A program made the position numbers and the translations under genes. Below are positions 1 to 9,490 of a stretch of 64,000 bases of DNA, in pieces (the first letter of the stretch is position 1; every line of letters begins with the position of its first letter). The DNA comes from Candidatus Nanoarchaeia archaeon (GTDB lineage: Bacteria; Patescibacteriota; Microgenomatia; Woykebacterales; RBG-16-39-9b): contig DATBWR010000013.1 of the NCBI GenBank assembly GCA_036514715.1, positions 6,779 through 70,778 of the forward strand, read 5' to 3'. The notes beneath the pieces are model-generated. The model saw only the letters and a list, made by a program, of their open reading frames with translations. It did no database searches and was not told the DNA's origin.

Positions 1-1040
1 TTAGTAGTTGTCGGCACAGTAATTAAAGCGTTTGCTAGACCAATTAAGAAGAGCAGGGCCAGAGACATTATCCTTGCTGCCAAATCAAGATTAACTTCCC
101 CCACGCTTGAAAGTAAAAGAAACGTTACCCCTAAGCCAAACAAACCGAAGTTGATTAACTTCCGTTCGTCAAAGCGGTTACCAATATGACCCAAAACAAA
201 CGACCCCAAGGCCATACCAGCAGTGGCTGGAAGAACTACAAAAGTGGCCACATACTTAACATCCAAACCCAAAACTTTGTCGACATAACCTGGTCCAATG
301 GCGGCGAGCATAAAAACAATCGTTGTTGTTAAGGTTAAGAAAAAGATTGAATCGCGAACCTTTTTGGTCGAAAAAACGAAAACAATTCCCCCAATAAATC
401 GTTTTAAAATACTTTGCTCACGTGCTGAAGATTCAGAACGGATACTCTTTGGCAACCAAAGATTTAGAGCCAAGGAGACAACAAAAAGCACAAAAATAGC
501 CCAAGTTGTCTGTTGTTCCCCCAAAATCCGCAAACTAAATCCTCCAATCAAAAACCCGACCACCAAACTCGTTTGGTAGCTGAAGGAAAACAAACCGTTA
601 GCCGCGATCAGCTGCCTCCCAACCACTAAAGAAGGCACGGCTGAGCCCTCTGCTGGAATAAAAAATAAAGTGGCCACTGAGAGGGCAAAGACGATCAGAA
701 AGACCAGATAAATTTGGCTGCCAAAAATAAGCAGTAATAGTATCGCCAACGCGCGTACTAAATTGGTGGCAAGCATTACCTTTTTCAGGGAAAGTTGATC
801 AACGTAAACTCCGGCAATATAACCAAGGAAGATACTTGGGGCCGTAAAGGTAAGAATTAAAAGACTCACTGCGGTGTTGGAGGCGGTTGCTTCGTAAATT
901 TTTAAAGTGAGAACAAAATAAAGAGCGTTAAGCCCAATTTGGGAAGTAAATTGAGCTAACCAAAGTTTAAGGAAGTTAATGTTACCAACAACTTCCGGAA
1001 AAAGCCCTCGAAAATACGGTGCAGTGATGGTTTCTTTTCT
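1..1040 (-). CDS. MFS transporter, partial (C-terminal part lies beyond window start); no canonical start codon seen near 1040
   Basis: Minus-strand frame is open from ~1040 to the window edge. It translates to multi-TM MFS-like sequence (LWLAQFTSQIGLNALYFVL...GYIAGVYVDQLS...). Absent from the ORF track because it runs off the edge and lacks ATG/GTG/TTG. Confidence 0.5.
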
Positions 1041-1048
1041 CCTCTATT

Positions 1049-2482
1049 CTAAAAGCTCTTAAGTAAGGCAAGCAGTGTACGAATTCCAACTCCGGTCGGA
1101 CCTTTCGCTAGATACGGTTTTTCGGTTTCCGTCCAAGCAGTTCCACAGATATCAAGATGAGCCCAAGGGTTTTTATTGGCAATAAATTCCTGTAGGAAAA
1201 CCGCACCCGCAATTACCCCAGCACCTCGGGTTGGTGGGATATTAGCCATATCGGCAATGTCACTTTTCAGTAAATCTTTGTGCTCCGAATAAATCGGTAG
1301 CTGCCACAAACGTTCCCCCGCTTCATCTCCGGCCTTAACAACTTGGTCCACAAAATCTTGATCGTTGCCGAGAATTGCGCTAGCTTCTGACCCTAAAGCT
1401 GAGATTGTTGCACCCACCAAAGTGGCCACGTCAACGATTTTAGTTGCCCCAAGCTTTTGGGCATAAACTAAAGCGTCGGAAAGAACTACTCGACCTTCCG
1501 CATCAGTATTGAGGACTTCAATAGTTTTACCGTTGAGCGCGCGGACCACATCACCGGGTTTCAGGGCTCCACCGCCTGGTAAATTCTCCGTTAACGGTGT
1601 TACGCCCACAACGTTAACTTTAGGTTTTAGGATCGCCACTAACTTCAAAAACCCAATTACCGCGGCGGCTCCAGCCATGTCCATCTTCATCTCGTGCATT
1701 TTTTCTGATGGTTTGATGGAAAGACCTCCGGAGTCAAAAGTAATTCCCTTGCCAACCACACCAAGAGTGGGATAGTTTTTGCCAGCCGAGTATTTCAGAG
1801 CTACCAAAAAAGAAGGTTCATGACTACCGCGGGCTATACCGGCAAAGGCTCCCATACCGCGCCTGACGGCATCCTTCTCATTAATAACCTCAATATCCAG
1901 TTTGTAATCGCGGGCAATTTTTTTGGCCTCATTAACAATGTGGGTTGGGGTGAGGAGATTGGCCGGCTCGTTAATTAAACGGCGGGCCCAGTTGACGGTT
2001 TCTACAACATCTAAGGCCTCCTTAATCTCCCTTACCCCAATTTTGCCGACAATAATTAATTCTTCAAGTTTGCCAGCTTTATCTTTACCGGTTTTGTAAA
2101 TTCCCGGGTCAAACTCCCCAAGACCCACTCCTTCGATGATAAGAGCCGAATTTTCGTAAAGAGAGGCATCATACACCAGGGTCTTGACTTTGGATTTAAG
2201 AGCGCGACGAACTGCAGTTCCAGCTACGTTTCTAGCAATTCTTGAGTCAAAATCCTCTTTTTTGCCTACTCCCACAAGTAGTATTAAGGGTGTAGATTCT
2301 GTTGCTGGAATTTGAAAGGTCTCGTAGAGTTTGCCGCTAAAATCTTCAAGTTTAAATTCAGGCAGCTTTTTAAAACTAGCCAACTGTTCAACCCTATCTT
2401 TAGAGCTACTTTCGAGCACAGGAATAGCCACTGCTTCCGCAGCAACTTTATCAAGACTTAAATCAGAACTAGTTACTTTCAT
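1049..2482 (-). CDS. pepA: Leucyl aminopeptidase (M17 family)
   Basis: 477 aa with the M17 signature NTDAEGRLVLSDAL and conserved C-terminal catalytic domain. Confidence 0.85.
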   Translation of the reverse strand: MKVTSSDLSLDKVAAEAVAIPVLESSSKDRVEQLASFKKLPEFKLEDFSGKLYETFQIPATESTPLILLVGVGKKEDFDSRIARNVAGTAVRRALKSKVKTLVYDASLYENSALIIEGVGLGEFDPGIYKTGKDKAGKLEELIIVGKIGVREIKEALDVVETVNWARRLINEPANLLTPTHIVNEAKKIARDYKLDIEVINEKDAVRRGMGAFAGIARGSHEPSFLVALKYSAGKNYPTLGVVGKGITFDSGGLSIKPSEKMHEMKMDMAGAAAVIGFLKLVAILKPKVNVVGVTPLTENLPGGGALKPGDVVRALNGKTIEVLNTDAEGRVVLSDALVYAQKLGATKIVDVATLVGATISALGSEASAILGNDQDFVDQVVKAGDEAGERLWQLPIYSEHKDLLKSDIADMANIPPTRGAGVIAGAVFLQEFIANKNPWAHLDICGTAWTETEKPYLAKGPTGVGIRTLLALLKSF

Positions 2483-2522
2483 TGGAAATTGATTTTAGCA
2501 CAAACCCACGCTCAAAAGAACC

Positions 2523-3635
2523 TCAGACTTTAACAATAACTTTTTCCAACTCTTTTGGGGCGTTGGTTAGAACCTCACAACCCTTCTCGGTTACCAAAAC
2601 CATATCCTCAAGCCTTACACCACCCCAACCGGGTTCGTAAATTCCCGGCTCAATAGTAATAACTTGGCCACTAGCTAACTTAGTCGTGGAGTGTTCGTTA
2701 ACGCGCGGGGCTTCGTGAACTTCAAGACCAACACCATGACCCAAACCGTGACCAAAAACAAACTTAGATTTCTCTTTCAAAAAGTCACGGGCTTGTCTAT
2801 CAACTTCCAAAGCTCGCCGACCAGCCCTAACCTTGGCAATTCCTCGGCTTTGAGCTTCCAGCACTAAATTGTAAACCTGCCTCTGCTTGGCGTTGGGTTC
2901 TCCTAAGAAAAGTACCCGGGAAGTATCACAAAAGTAGCCTTGGTAAACACAGCCCCAATCCAGTAAAACCTGGTCACCTTTTCTCAACTCACGGCCGCCA
3001 GCCGCATAGTGAACCATTGATGAGTTTGGACCAGAGGCTACGATAAAAGGTTCCCAAGCGTTCTTTTGGGCGCCCTTACTACGCATAAACTTCTCGATCT
3101 CAAAAGCAACTTCTGCCTCTGTCATACCAACTTTAACTTTGTTTTTGATGAAAGCAAAAGCCCCATCGGCAATTTCTACCGACTTCTTAAGAAGCTTTAT
3201 CTCTTCTTGATCTTTTACGCTTCGTAAATCCTCAAGCAGGTGCGCTACAGGCACAAGTTTCACACCGCGGGCATGTTTTTTAATTTCTTTAAAGAGAAAG
3301 ACTGAGAGGTCGTGGGACTCAAAACCAACCCAAGGCAATTCCTGATTTTTAAAAAAGTTGCCAAGAAATTCAGCCAACCGTCCCTTGTACTCTACCAATT
3401 CAAAGCCTTCTACCCTGCGCCCAACTTCTTCGGTGTAGCGGCTGTCAGTAAGAATAAAAGCCCGTCTCTCAGTTACCAAAAGATAACCAGACTCGCTGTC
3501 CCCCTGCCAACCGGTCAAGTAGTAGCGGTTGGCTTGGCAAGAAACTAAAAAAGCATCAAGGCCTTTACTAGTGAGTTTTTGGCGAAAAGTCTTTAGGCGG
3601 GTTGCTAAACTAGATGCTGACTGGCTGCGCTGCAT
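2523..3635 (-). CDS. Xaa-Pro aminopeptidase / M24 family metallopeptidase
   Basis: 370 aa with the M24 pita-bread motifs (HGLGHGVGLEVHE, DTSRV) and an N-terminal creatinase-like domain. Confidence 0.8.
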   Translation of the reverse strand: MQRSQSASSLATRLKTFRQKLTSKGLDAFLVSCQANRYYLTGWQGDSESGYLLVTERRAFILTDSRYTEEVGRRVEGFELVEYKGRLAEFLGNFFKNQELPWVGFESHDLSVFLFKEIKKHARGVKLVPVAHLLEDLRSVKDQEEIKLLKKSVEIADGAFAFIKNKVKVGMTEAEVAFEIEKFMRSKGAQKNAWEPFIVASGPNSSMVHYAAGGRELRKGDQVLLDWGCVYQGYFCDTSRVLFLGEPNAKQRQVYNLVLEAQSRGIAKVRAGRRALEVDRQARDFLKEKSKFVFGHGLGHGVGLEVHEAPRVNEHSTTKLASGQVITIEPGIYEPGWGGVRLEDMVLVTEKGCEVLTNAPKELEKVIVKV

Positions 3636-4257
3636 TTTTCCTTGGGCGGCCTCGTGGTCTTTTGATAATCGGACCGATAGGAGCTGGCTTCCTCGGGCGT
3701 CCTCTTTTTCTTTTTATTTCGGAAGGTTGCCTCGGAGCGCTAAAAAGCCTACGAAAAACACTAAAAAACGGACCGTTGGGGGTTTCACCCAAAAGCTTTG
3801 TACTTTCTTGTATTGTCGGTAAGGCGACTGTTCCAAGGGCCGCTCCGCAAAAAGGGCACTGGGTCCAGGAAACCTCCAAACCCCGCTTACAAGAGGGGCA
3901 TTCTCTTTTAATATTAAGTCCGCAAGAAGGACAAAACAGAAAATCTTCTCTTACTAACGCTAGACAACTTGGGCAAGCATAAGCTCGGGACTGGTTCTCC
4001 AGAATTTTTTCTTCCATTTCGCGTACCTTTTGTTCTTCAATAGTGGAAAGTGGACGGACTATTAAGTACAGAACGAAACCAAAGATTGATCCAAAACCTA
4101 CCAAAACTATTGCACCAAAGCGAACAAACCAGTTTTTGGTTCGGCTAAAGATATCCATTGCCGTCCAGACAGTCAAGGCGATCCACATGACGATGATATA
4201 ACCGAGTAAAACGGCACTAACTAAACTATTAGAAAGAAAATCAATAAAAGCAGCCAT
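3610..4257 (-). CDS. Membrane protein with double zinc-ribbon and C-terminal AT-hook-like GRP repeats
   Basis: Two TM helices, then CPSC..CPSC / CPSC..CPFC zinc-ribbon pairs, then KRKRGRPRK...KRPRGRPRK. Start placed at the internal Met (MAAFIDF) to avoid overlapping the next gene; the ORF track extends to 4344. Confidence 0.45.
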   Translation of the reverse strand: MAAFIDFLSNSLVSAVLLGYIIVMWIALTVWTAMDIFSRTKNWFVRFGAIVLVGFGSIFGFVLYLIVRPLSTIEEQKVREMEEKILENQSRAYACPSCLALVREDFLFCPSCGLNIKRECPSCKRGLEVSWTQCPFCGAALGTVALPTIQESTKLLGETPNGPFFSVFRRLFSAPRQPSEIKRKRGRPRKPAPIGPIIKRPRGRPRKNAAQPVSI

Positions 4258-4326
4258 TTGAAACTTACTTAGTAGTTGTATATAATTTAAACCTAACTCA
4301 CTAGTCAAGGGCCATTTTTTAAACTT

Positions 4327-4767
4327 ATGCTCTCCACACCACACCTACTAGTCGGTGCGGCCATTATCAAGGCTGTTCCCGAACCCACTATTTCTTTGCC
4401 GCTAGCCCTCTTGAGCCACTTTGTTTTGGACTCCATACCTCATTGGGATGGCTCCCCTCAAGCACCTTTTAGCTTGAAAGCCTCTTCTGCAATCATCATC
4501 GACTACGCCTTTGGGGCTAGTTTGGTTTTACTTTTCTCGGTTGGTTTTGAGAACCAGTACCTAATTTGGCTTGGGGCTTTCTTAGGCACTCTTCCGGATT
4601 TTCTTTTAGGAACCTATAAGCATTTAGAAAGCTTTTTTTCTCGCTGGAGCTTTATCCGTATTCCCAACGAGTTTCACATGAGTATCCAACGCAATATTCC
4701 CTTTAAAGAGGGTCTCGTTGTCTCTACCCTAACCAGTTTACTAGCGATCTTTGTTCTCCTTAACTAA
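4327..4767 (+). CDS. Hypothetical membrane protein
   Basis: 146-aa ORF with hydrophobic segments and no recognisable family. Confidence 0.4.
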   Translation: MLSTPHLLVGAAIIKAVPEPTISLPLALLSHFVLDSIPHWDGSPQAPFSLKASSAIIIDYAFGASLVLLFSVGFENQYLIWLGAFLGTLPDFLLGTYKHLESFFSRWSFIRIPNEFHMSIQRNIPFKEGLVVSTLTSLLAIFVLLN

Positions 4768-4781
4768 TTAGAACCCCTTAT

Positions 4782-5345
4782 TTACGACTTAACTCTCTCC
4801 ATATACTCCCCACTCCGAGTATCAACTTTAATAACCTCCCCTTCTTTTATAAAAAGTGGTACTTGGATTTTCATATCGTTTTCTAAAACTGCTGCTTTGT
4901 AAGCATTAGCGACTGTATCTCCGCGGGCACCAGGAGGGGATTCAACTACTTTAAGATCGGCTGTGCGTGGTATTTCTACTTTAAGAACTTGATCGCCAAA
5001 AGTAAGAAGTTGGTAACTTTGGCCCTCCTTGAGAAACTTTTCGGCACCAGCCAAGACATTGTTGGGAACGCTAAATTGTTCAAAGCTAGATTTGTCCATA
5101 AAAGTGGGTCCAGAGGCGTCTCTGTAAAGAAACTGGCCTTCTTTTTTGGTTAGATCAGCTTCTTCAACTCTAGCACCCGAAATAAAAGATTTATCAGTAG
5201 TTGCACCGCTGCGTAAGTTGCGTACTTTTATTTTAATGGTAGCCGTTCCCCGACCCATTTTGGTGTGAGAATAATCTAGAACTTCAAAAAGATTACCACC
5301 TTCTTGAAAGGTGGTCCCGCTTCTTAAATCCGTAACATTAATCAT
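4782..5345 (-). CDS. efp: Elongation factor P
   Basis: EF-P three-domain sequence starting MINVTDLRSGTTF. The ORF track extends to 5378, but the conserved start is the Met at ~5345; the stretch beyond overlaps the tRNA. Confidence 0.85.
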   Translation of the reverse strand: MINVTDLRSGTTFQEGGNLFEVLDYSHTKMGRGTATIKIKVRNLRSGATTDKSFISGARVEEADLTKKEGQFLYRDASGPTFMDKSSFEQFSVPNNVLAGAEKFLKEGQSYQLLTFGDQVLKVEIPRTADLKVVESPPGARGDTVANAYKAAVLENDMKIQVPLFIKEGEVIKVDTRSGEYMERVKS

Positions 5346-5348
5346 ATT

Positions 5349-5435
5349 TGGTGGGCAAGGAGAGAATCGAACTCTCAAGGTGTTGCCACCATAGGTTTTT
5401 GAGACCTACGCGTATACCAGTTCCGCCACTTGCCC
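5349..5435 (-). tRNA. tRNA-Leu (anticodon CAA), class II with long variable arm
   Basis: Hand fold of the reverse complement: acceptor GGGCAAG/CUUGCCC, 3-bp D-stem, anticodon stem UAGGU/ACCUA with loop CUCAAAA, long variable arm GGUGGCAACACC, T-arm GAGAG-UUCGAUU-CUCUC, discriminator A, encoded CCA. Confidence 0.85.
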
Positions 5436-5521
5436 AGGAAATAACTTCCAGATTATACAAAAATGAAGCTAAACTTGCAATAAGAAGGTATAATTCCCTC
5501 AACAAAAGAAGGAGAGGAAAA

Positions 5522-5758
5522 ATGCCCGTTAAAGTTTACGTCTTCGTCATTACCGACGCGGGACACACTAAAAAGGTGTTCGAAGCTCTGAAAGAGGTGC
5601 CTGGAGTAACCGAAATTCATGAGGTCATGGGTCCTTACGACATCATTGTCGAACTCGAAGCACCCAACCTCGTGGATGTTCCGCCGATCCTATCGAAAGA
5701 GATCAGAACGATCCCTGGTGTTCAGACTACTACCTCGCTGGTTGCCTTCCCTGATTGA
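5522..5758 (+). CDS. Lrp/AsnC C-terminal (RAM) domain small protein
   Basis: 78 aa (MPVKVYVFVITDAGHTKKVFEALKEVPGVTEIHEVMGPYDIIVELEA) preceded by RBS GGAGAGG. The ORF-track N-terminal extension overlaps the tRNA and is rejected. Confidence 0.5.
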   Translation: MPVKVYVFVITDAGHTKKVFEALKEVPGVTEIHEVMGPYDIIVELEAPNLVDVPPILSKEIRTIPGVQTTTSLVAFPD

Positions 5759-5767
5759 ACTGAAGCT

Positions 5768-5810
5768 TGGATTATACCCAACGTGTCTTTCTCTCTTGAA
5801 GGCACGTTTT
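5768..5810 (+). terminator. Putative intrinsic terminator after the Lrp-like gene
   Basis: Hairpin GUGUCUU-N9-AAGGCAC followed by GUUUUCAUUUU. Confidence 0.3.
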
Positions 5811-5814
5811 CATT

Positions 5815-7164
5815 TTAGACACGGGCGCGCTCTACTGGGAAGAAGCGGCGGCGCTCGCCGATGAACTTTAGATCCATTTCACCAAGAGGTCCTGAGCGGT
5901 GTTTAGCGATCGACAGTTTAACGTTTTCGAAATCTTCCGGATCTTCTCGGTACAAAAACATGACCACGTCCGCATCTTGTTCAATGCCACCTGACTCTCG
6001 TAAATCGGAAAGTTGCGGGATTTTGGCTTGGCGGCTTTCTACGGCTCGAGAAAGTTGAGAACAAGCTAGCACCGGAATCTTTAGTTCGCGGGCCAAATTC
6101 TTCAAGGCCTGAGAAATTTCACTAACCTCCTGTACTCGGTTCTCCAAGTCCCGACCGTGAATTAACTGCAAGTAATCAACAATTAAAAGCTTCAGCCCCT
6201 CTTCCATTTGCAGACGGCGGGCCTTAGTGCGCATTTCCATGATAGAAATCCCAGGCGTATCATCAATAAAAATCGGCGCTTCAGCTAGCTCCCCCATTGC
6301 TTCGGAAAGTTTTTCAAAATCTTCTTCTTTCAGATTTCCAGTGGTAATTTTCCAAGCATCAACATCGCTTTGGGAAGCTAACATTAAGTCCACGAGCTGC
6401 TCTTTACTCATTTCCAAAGAAAATACTCCAACTGGTACTTTCTCCTTCACCCCTAAATACTGGGCAATGTTCATTACCAAAGTAGATTTTCCCATGGAGG
6501 GTCTAGCGGCTACTATTACTAAGGTTGAATCCTGCAAACCGGAAAGTTTTTTATCAAGATCGCCAAAACCAGTGGGTACCCCTCGCATCCCGCTACCTTT
6601 TTTGTGCAACTCGTCCAGGCGGTCAAAACTTTCTGCTAGGGCGTCTTTCAGGGGAATAAAGTTTTGTTTGAGGTGGTCTTGGGAAATACCAAAAAGCTCC
6701 TGTTCGGAAAGTTCGAGCAGATCTTTAGCCTCAGTATCAGGGGTAAAAGCCCTTTCCGTCATTTTGGCAGCAGTGGCGATTAGAGCCCGTTTTGTGGCTG
6801 CCTCTTTGACAATATTAGCGTAGTGTTGAACGTGGGCGCTGGTTGGAACGCTGTTTACTAAATTAGTCAGGTAACTAGCTCCACCAGCTTCTTCAAGAGA
6901 GTCAGTCTTTTTGAGAACATCGGTTACAGTCACTAAATCAGCTGGCTGTCTTTTTTCGTAAAGAGTAAGAATGGAGCGGTAAATTTCCGCGTGGGCCGGG
7001 CGGTAAAAATGTTCGGGTTTTAAACTTTCCGCGATCTTTACAATAGCGTCGCGGTCGATAAGCAAACTGCCTAAAACCGATTGTTCGGCCTCCACGTTCT
7101 GCGGAGGAATTTTACCTTCGAGCGAAATTTTAGTATCACCTTTAACTGTAGGTTTGACAGCCAT
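5815..7164 (-). CDS. dnaB: Replicative DNA helicase DnaB
   Basis: 449 aa with DnaB N-terminal domain, Walker A (GKST) and RecA-like C-terminal domain. Confidence 0.9.
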   Translation of the reverse strand: MAVKPTVKGDTKISLEGKIPPQNVEAEQSVLGSLLIDRDAIVKIAESLKPEHFYRPAHAEIYRSILTLYEKRQPADLVTVTDVLKKTDSLEEAGGASYLTNLVNSVPTSAHVQHYANIVKEAATKRALIATAAKMTERAFTPDTEAKDLLELSEQELFGISQDHLKQNFIPLKDALAESFDRLDELHKKGSGMRGVPTGFGDLDKKLSGLQDSTLVIVAARPSMGKSTLVMNIAQYLGVKEKVPVGVFSLEMSKEQLVDLMLASQSDVDAWKITTGNLKEEDFEKLSEAMGELAEAPIFIDDTPGISIMEMRTKARRLQMEEGLKLLIVDYLQLIHGRDLENRVQEVSEISQALKNLARELKIPVLACSQLSRAVESRQAKIPQLSDLRESGGIEQDADVVMFLYREDPEDFENVKLSIAKHRSGPLGEMDLKFIGERRRFFPVERARV

Positions 7165-7171
7165 ATTTGCT

Positions 7172-7819
7172 TTAACCTTTTTGCATTAAAACTACCTGTG
7201 TTTCCTCTGGAAACTTATCCGCGTGAACAGAAAATTTGCTAACTGGTTGCACATTCTCTTTACCCATTTCCTTCAAGAATTTCTCCGCTCCTTCGAGCTC
7301 TGTAATTTTAGTTTGTGGATCGCGAAAATGCATCGGAATGATGATTTTTGGTTCAAGTTGACTAGCAACTTTGGCTGCAACAGAAGCATCAATTGTAAAG
7401 TGACCACCAACGGGGATAAGCAAAAGATCAACATTGCCGATCTCTTCAACTTGCTCGTTAGTTAGGGAATTTTGTCCGAGATCACCCAGATGGCAGACGT
7501 TAATTTTATCGATTTTTAGATTGTAAATGGCGTTTTTACCCCGCTCTGCTCCGCCCTTTTCATCATGGAAACTATCAACCCCCAAAATTTCCACACCCTT
7601 GACCTCGTACTCACCAGGTCCCCTAACCACAAACGGTTCTCCACCAACAAGGCTAGCTGCATTATGATCGTAGTGCTCGTGAGAGACAGTGACAATATCC
7701 GCCTCAACTTTGGGAAACTTTATCCCGATATCATCAGAATAAGGATCCAAAACTACAGTGGCAGTTTTACCTTTAATGCGAAATGAGGCTTGTCCTAGGT
7801 AAGTTATATCCATCGCCAA
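7172..7819 (-). CDS. MBL-fold metallo-hydrolase
   Basis: 215 aa with the HEHYDH metal-binding motif. Confidence 0.7.
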   Translation of the reverse strand: MAMDITYLGQASFRIKGKTATVVLDPYSDDIGIKFPKVEADIVTVSHEHYDHNAASLVGGEPFVVRGPGEYEVKGVEILGVDSFHDEKGGAERGKNAIYNLKIDKINVCHLGDLGQNSLTNEQVEEIGNVDLLLIPVGGHFTIDASVAAKVASQLEPKIIIPMHFRDPQTKITELEGAEKFLKEMGKENVQPVSKFSVHADKFPEETQVVLMQKG

Positions 7820-7873
7820 GAAATATTAACAACTTGAAAAGCAAGACGCAATAAGTAACACGTAAAAGTTCGT

Positions 7874-8332
7874 TTGTTGAAAAACTTGCTAAACTTTGTT
7901 AGTCTAGTTGTCGTGGAAAACGATTCTCCACCAACACCATCTCGATTACCGTTTCTGTTTGTTGGCCTGCTTATTGGTCTCTTTCTGGCTACCTTTTTTT
8001 GGGTTTTAGTAAAGGACGATGGAACCAGTGAGAAAGGAAGTGAAAAACCCAACGTTCTTTCCCTTAACATTAACACCCCTACCGAAAACCTAGCAACTTC
8101 ACAAAAAACTCTGACCGTGGCCGGTAGCACGGGAATAAAAAGTGTGGTAACTGTTACCGGACCATCCGAAACCAAAATAATTGACGCTTCCAGTGAAACT
8201 TTTTCGACTACTCTAGAACTAACTGAGGGGAAAAACATTATTGATATAGTGGTCTACGATCCAAAAAGTGGAAGTTCGGTTCACGAAACGCGGGAGGTGC
8301 TTTTTCTAAATGAAGATTTGAGTTCTCTTTAA
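7874..8332 (+). CDS. Hypothetical secreted/membrane-anchored protein
   Basis: N-terminal TM/signal segment followed by Thr/Ser-rich sequence. Confidence 0.4.
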   Translation: MLKNLLNFVSLVVVENDSPPTPSRLPFLFVGLLIGLFLATFFWVLVKDDGTSEKGSEKPNVLSLNINTPTENLATSQKTLTVAGSTGIKSVVTVTGPSETKIIDASSETFSTTLELTEGKNIIDIVVYDPKSGSSVHETREVLFLNEDLSSL

Positions 8333-8333
8333 G

Positions 8334-9035
8334 ATGACTAAAAAACTTTTGGCTACCAGCTTAATAATGTTCTCCGTTCTGATTACCCCGAAGTTAGCTT
8401 TTTCACAGGATTTTAGTGAAAATGCTCAAAAAAGGCTGGAAGAAATTGAAGCTAAAGCTGCGACCGCTAGCACCACTGCTACTTCCTCGGCAACCAAAAA
8501 AGAGGGCGAAGTAAGTTTTGTGGAAGGTACAGTTGCTGCTATCAACGGTACGGCTTTTTTAGTCAACACCGATGAAGGCTCACGGCTTATTTACACGACT
8601 GACAACACGAAATATTTTAATATTGACCCCTCGGGTAAAAAGTTAATCGGTTTTGGAGACATAAAGGTTGGTGAAACCATCATGGTTTTGGGGCTCTCCT
8701 CCCAAAGTAATTCCGGAACCGCCCGCATTATTGTCCGCGACACAGTTAAACAAATAACCACTTTTTCGGTTTTGGGGAAGGTGGTTGAGGTCAAAGACCC
8801 AAGCCTAACTTTAGAGAACTTATTGAGCGCAGATCTGCCTGCCTTGACTTTAACAACCAGTACCGACACCAAAATTCAATCTGGGGAAAAGACAATTGCT
8901 CTTATTGATCTTAAAGCTGGAGACAGGGTTGTGGCTGCCGGAACTATCGACGACAAAGGAAATTTTGTCGTTAAAACTATCCTGAGAATAAAAACTGCCC
9001 TCCAAGAACCCACTGCCACTACTTCGGCTCAATAA
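8334..9035 (+). CDS. Hypothetical secreted protein
   Basis: Signal peptide (MTKKLLATSLIMFSVLITPKLAFS); 233 aa. Confidence 0.45.
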   Translation: MTKKLLATSLIMFSVLITPKLAFSQDFSENAQKRLEEIEAKAATASTTATSSATKKEGEVSFVEGTVAAINGTAFLVNTDEGSRLIYTTDNTKYFNIDPSGKKLIGFGDIKVGETIMVLGLSSQSNSGTARIIVRDTVKQITTFSVLGKVVEVKDPSLTLENLLSADLPALTLTTSTDTKIQSGEKTIALIDLKAGDRVVAAGTIDDKGNFVVKTILRIKTALQEPTATTSAQ

Positions 9036-9053
9036 AATTTGTCGAATGGTAAG

Positions 9054-9077
9054 ATATATGAATGATCATTCATATAT
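9054..9077. repeat. 24-bp perfect palindrome ATATATGAAT-GATC-ATTCATATAT (copy a of 4)
   Basis: Read directly; lies between convergent gene ends and overlaps the stop of 9066..9347. Confidence 0.8.
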
Positions 9078-9347
9078 CTTTCGCAAAAGAGGTCTTTCTT
9101 CAATATGAAAGTCGACCTGCTTAAAACCAGGGTGGAGATGTACAGTCAGGGCTTTATTTTTATAAATCTTGCCGAAACCATCTGGAGCTGGTTCTGTGAA
9201 GACTTCTGAAGAAAGGCGAATATATTTCACTCCTCGATCCTCGACATATCTCCCACCACAGATCTCACCAGCTTCCTCAAATGAGGACGCCAGGATAACA
9301 TAATAACCAACACCCATCATTCGATAAACAACGTACGCTTTCATCAC
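9066..9347 (-). CDS. Hypothetical small protein
   Basis: 93-aa ORF, no family recognised. Confidence 0.35.
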   Translation of the reverse strand: MMKAYVVYRMMGVGYYVILASSFEEAGEICGGRYVEDRGVKYIRLSSEVFTEPAPDGFGKIYKNKALTVHLHPGFKQVDFHIEERPLLRKIYE

Positions 9348-9440
9348 TCTCTCCTTTTCTTGGCAAGAATCTTAGCACGAGGCTAAATGTAAATCAATTA
9401 TTCTGCTATAATACGCTCATGGCAAAAATAGCGGCCAATA

Positions 9441-9490
9441 GGTAGTTTCTGTGAAACTTAAATTTATTCAAATTACGGTCGATATTTTGC
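9441..9490 (+). promoter_or_regulatory. Conserved 5' leader module (hairpin AGUUUCUGUGAAACU ... UUACGGUCGA) upstream of hisS; copy 1 of 3
   Basis: ~45-nt block shared with rpmE and proS upstream regions. Preceded by an extended -10 (TGcTATAAT at ~9404-9412) and ends 7 nt before the hisS ATG. Confidence 0.55.

Noticed and set aside
298-579. 93-aa + strand ORF
   Set aside because: Lies antisense inside the minus-strand MFS transporter coding region and has low-complexity K/V-rich sequence; spurious.
5348-5521. N-terminal 58 codons of ORF 5348..5758
   Set aside because: Overlaps the tRNA-Leu gene on the opposite strand; the real CDS starts at the Met at 5522 with an RBS.
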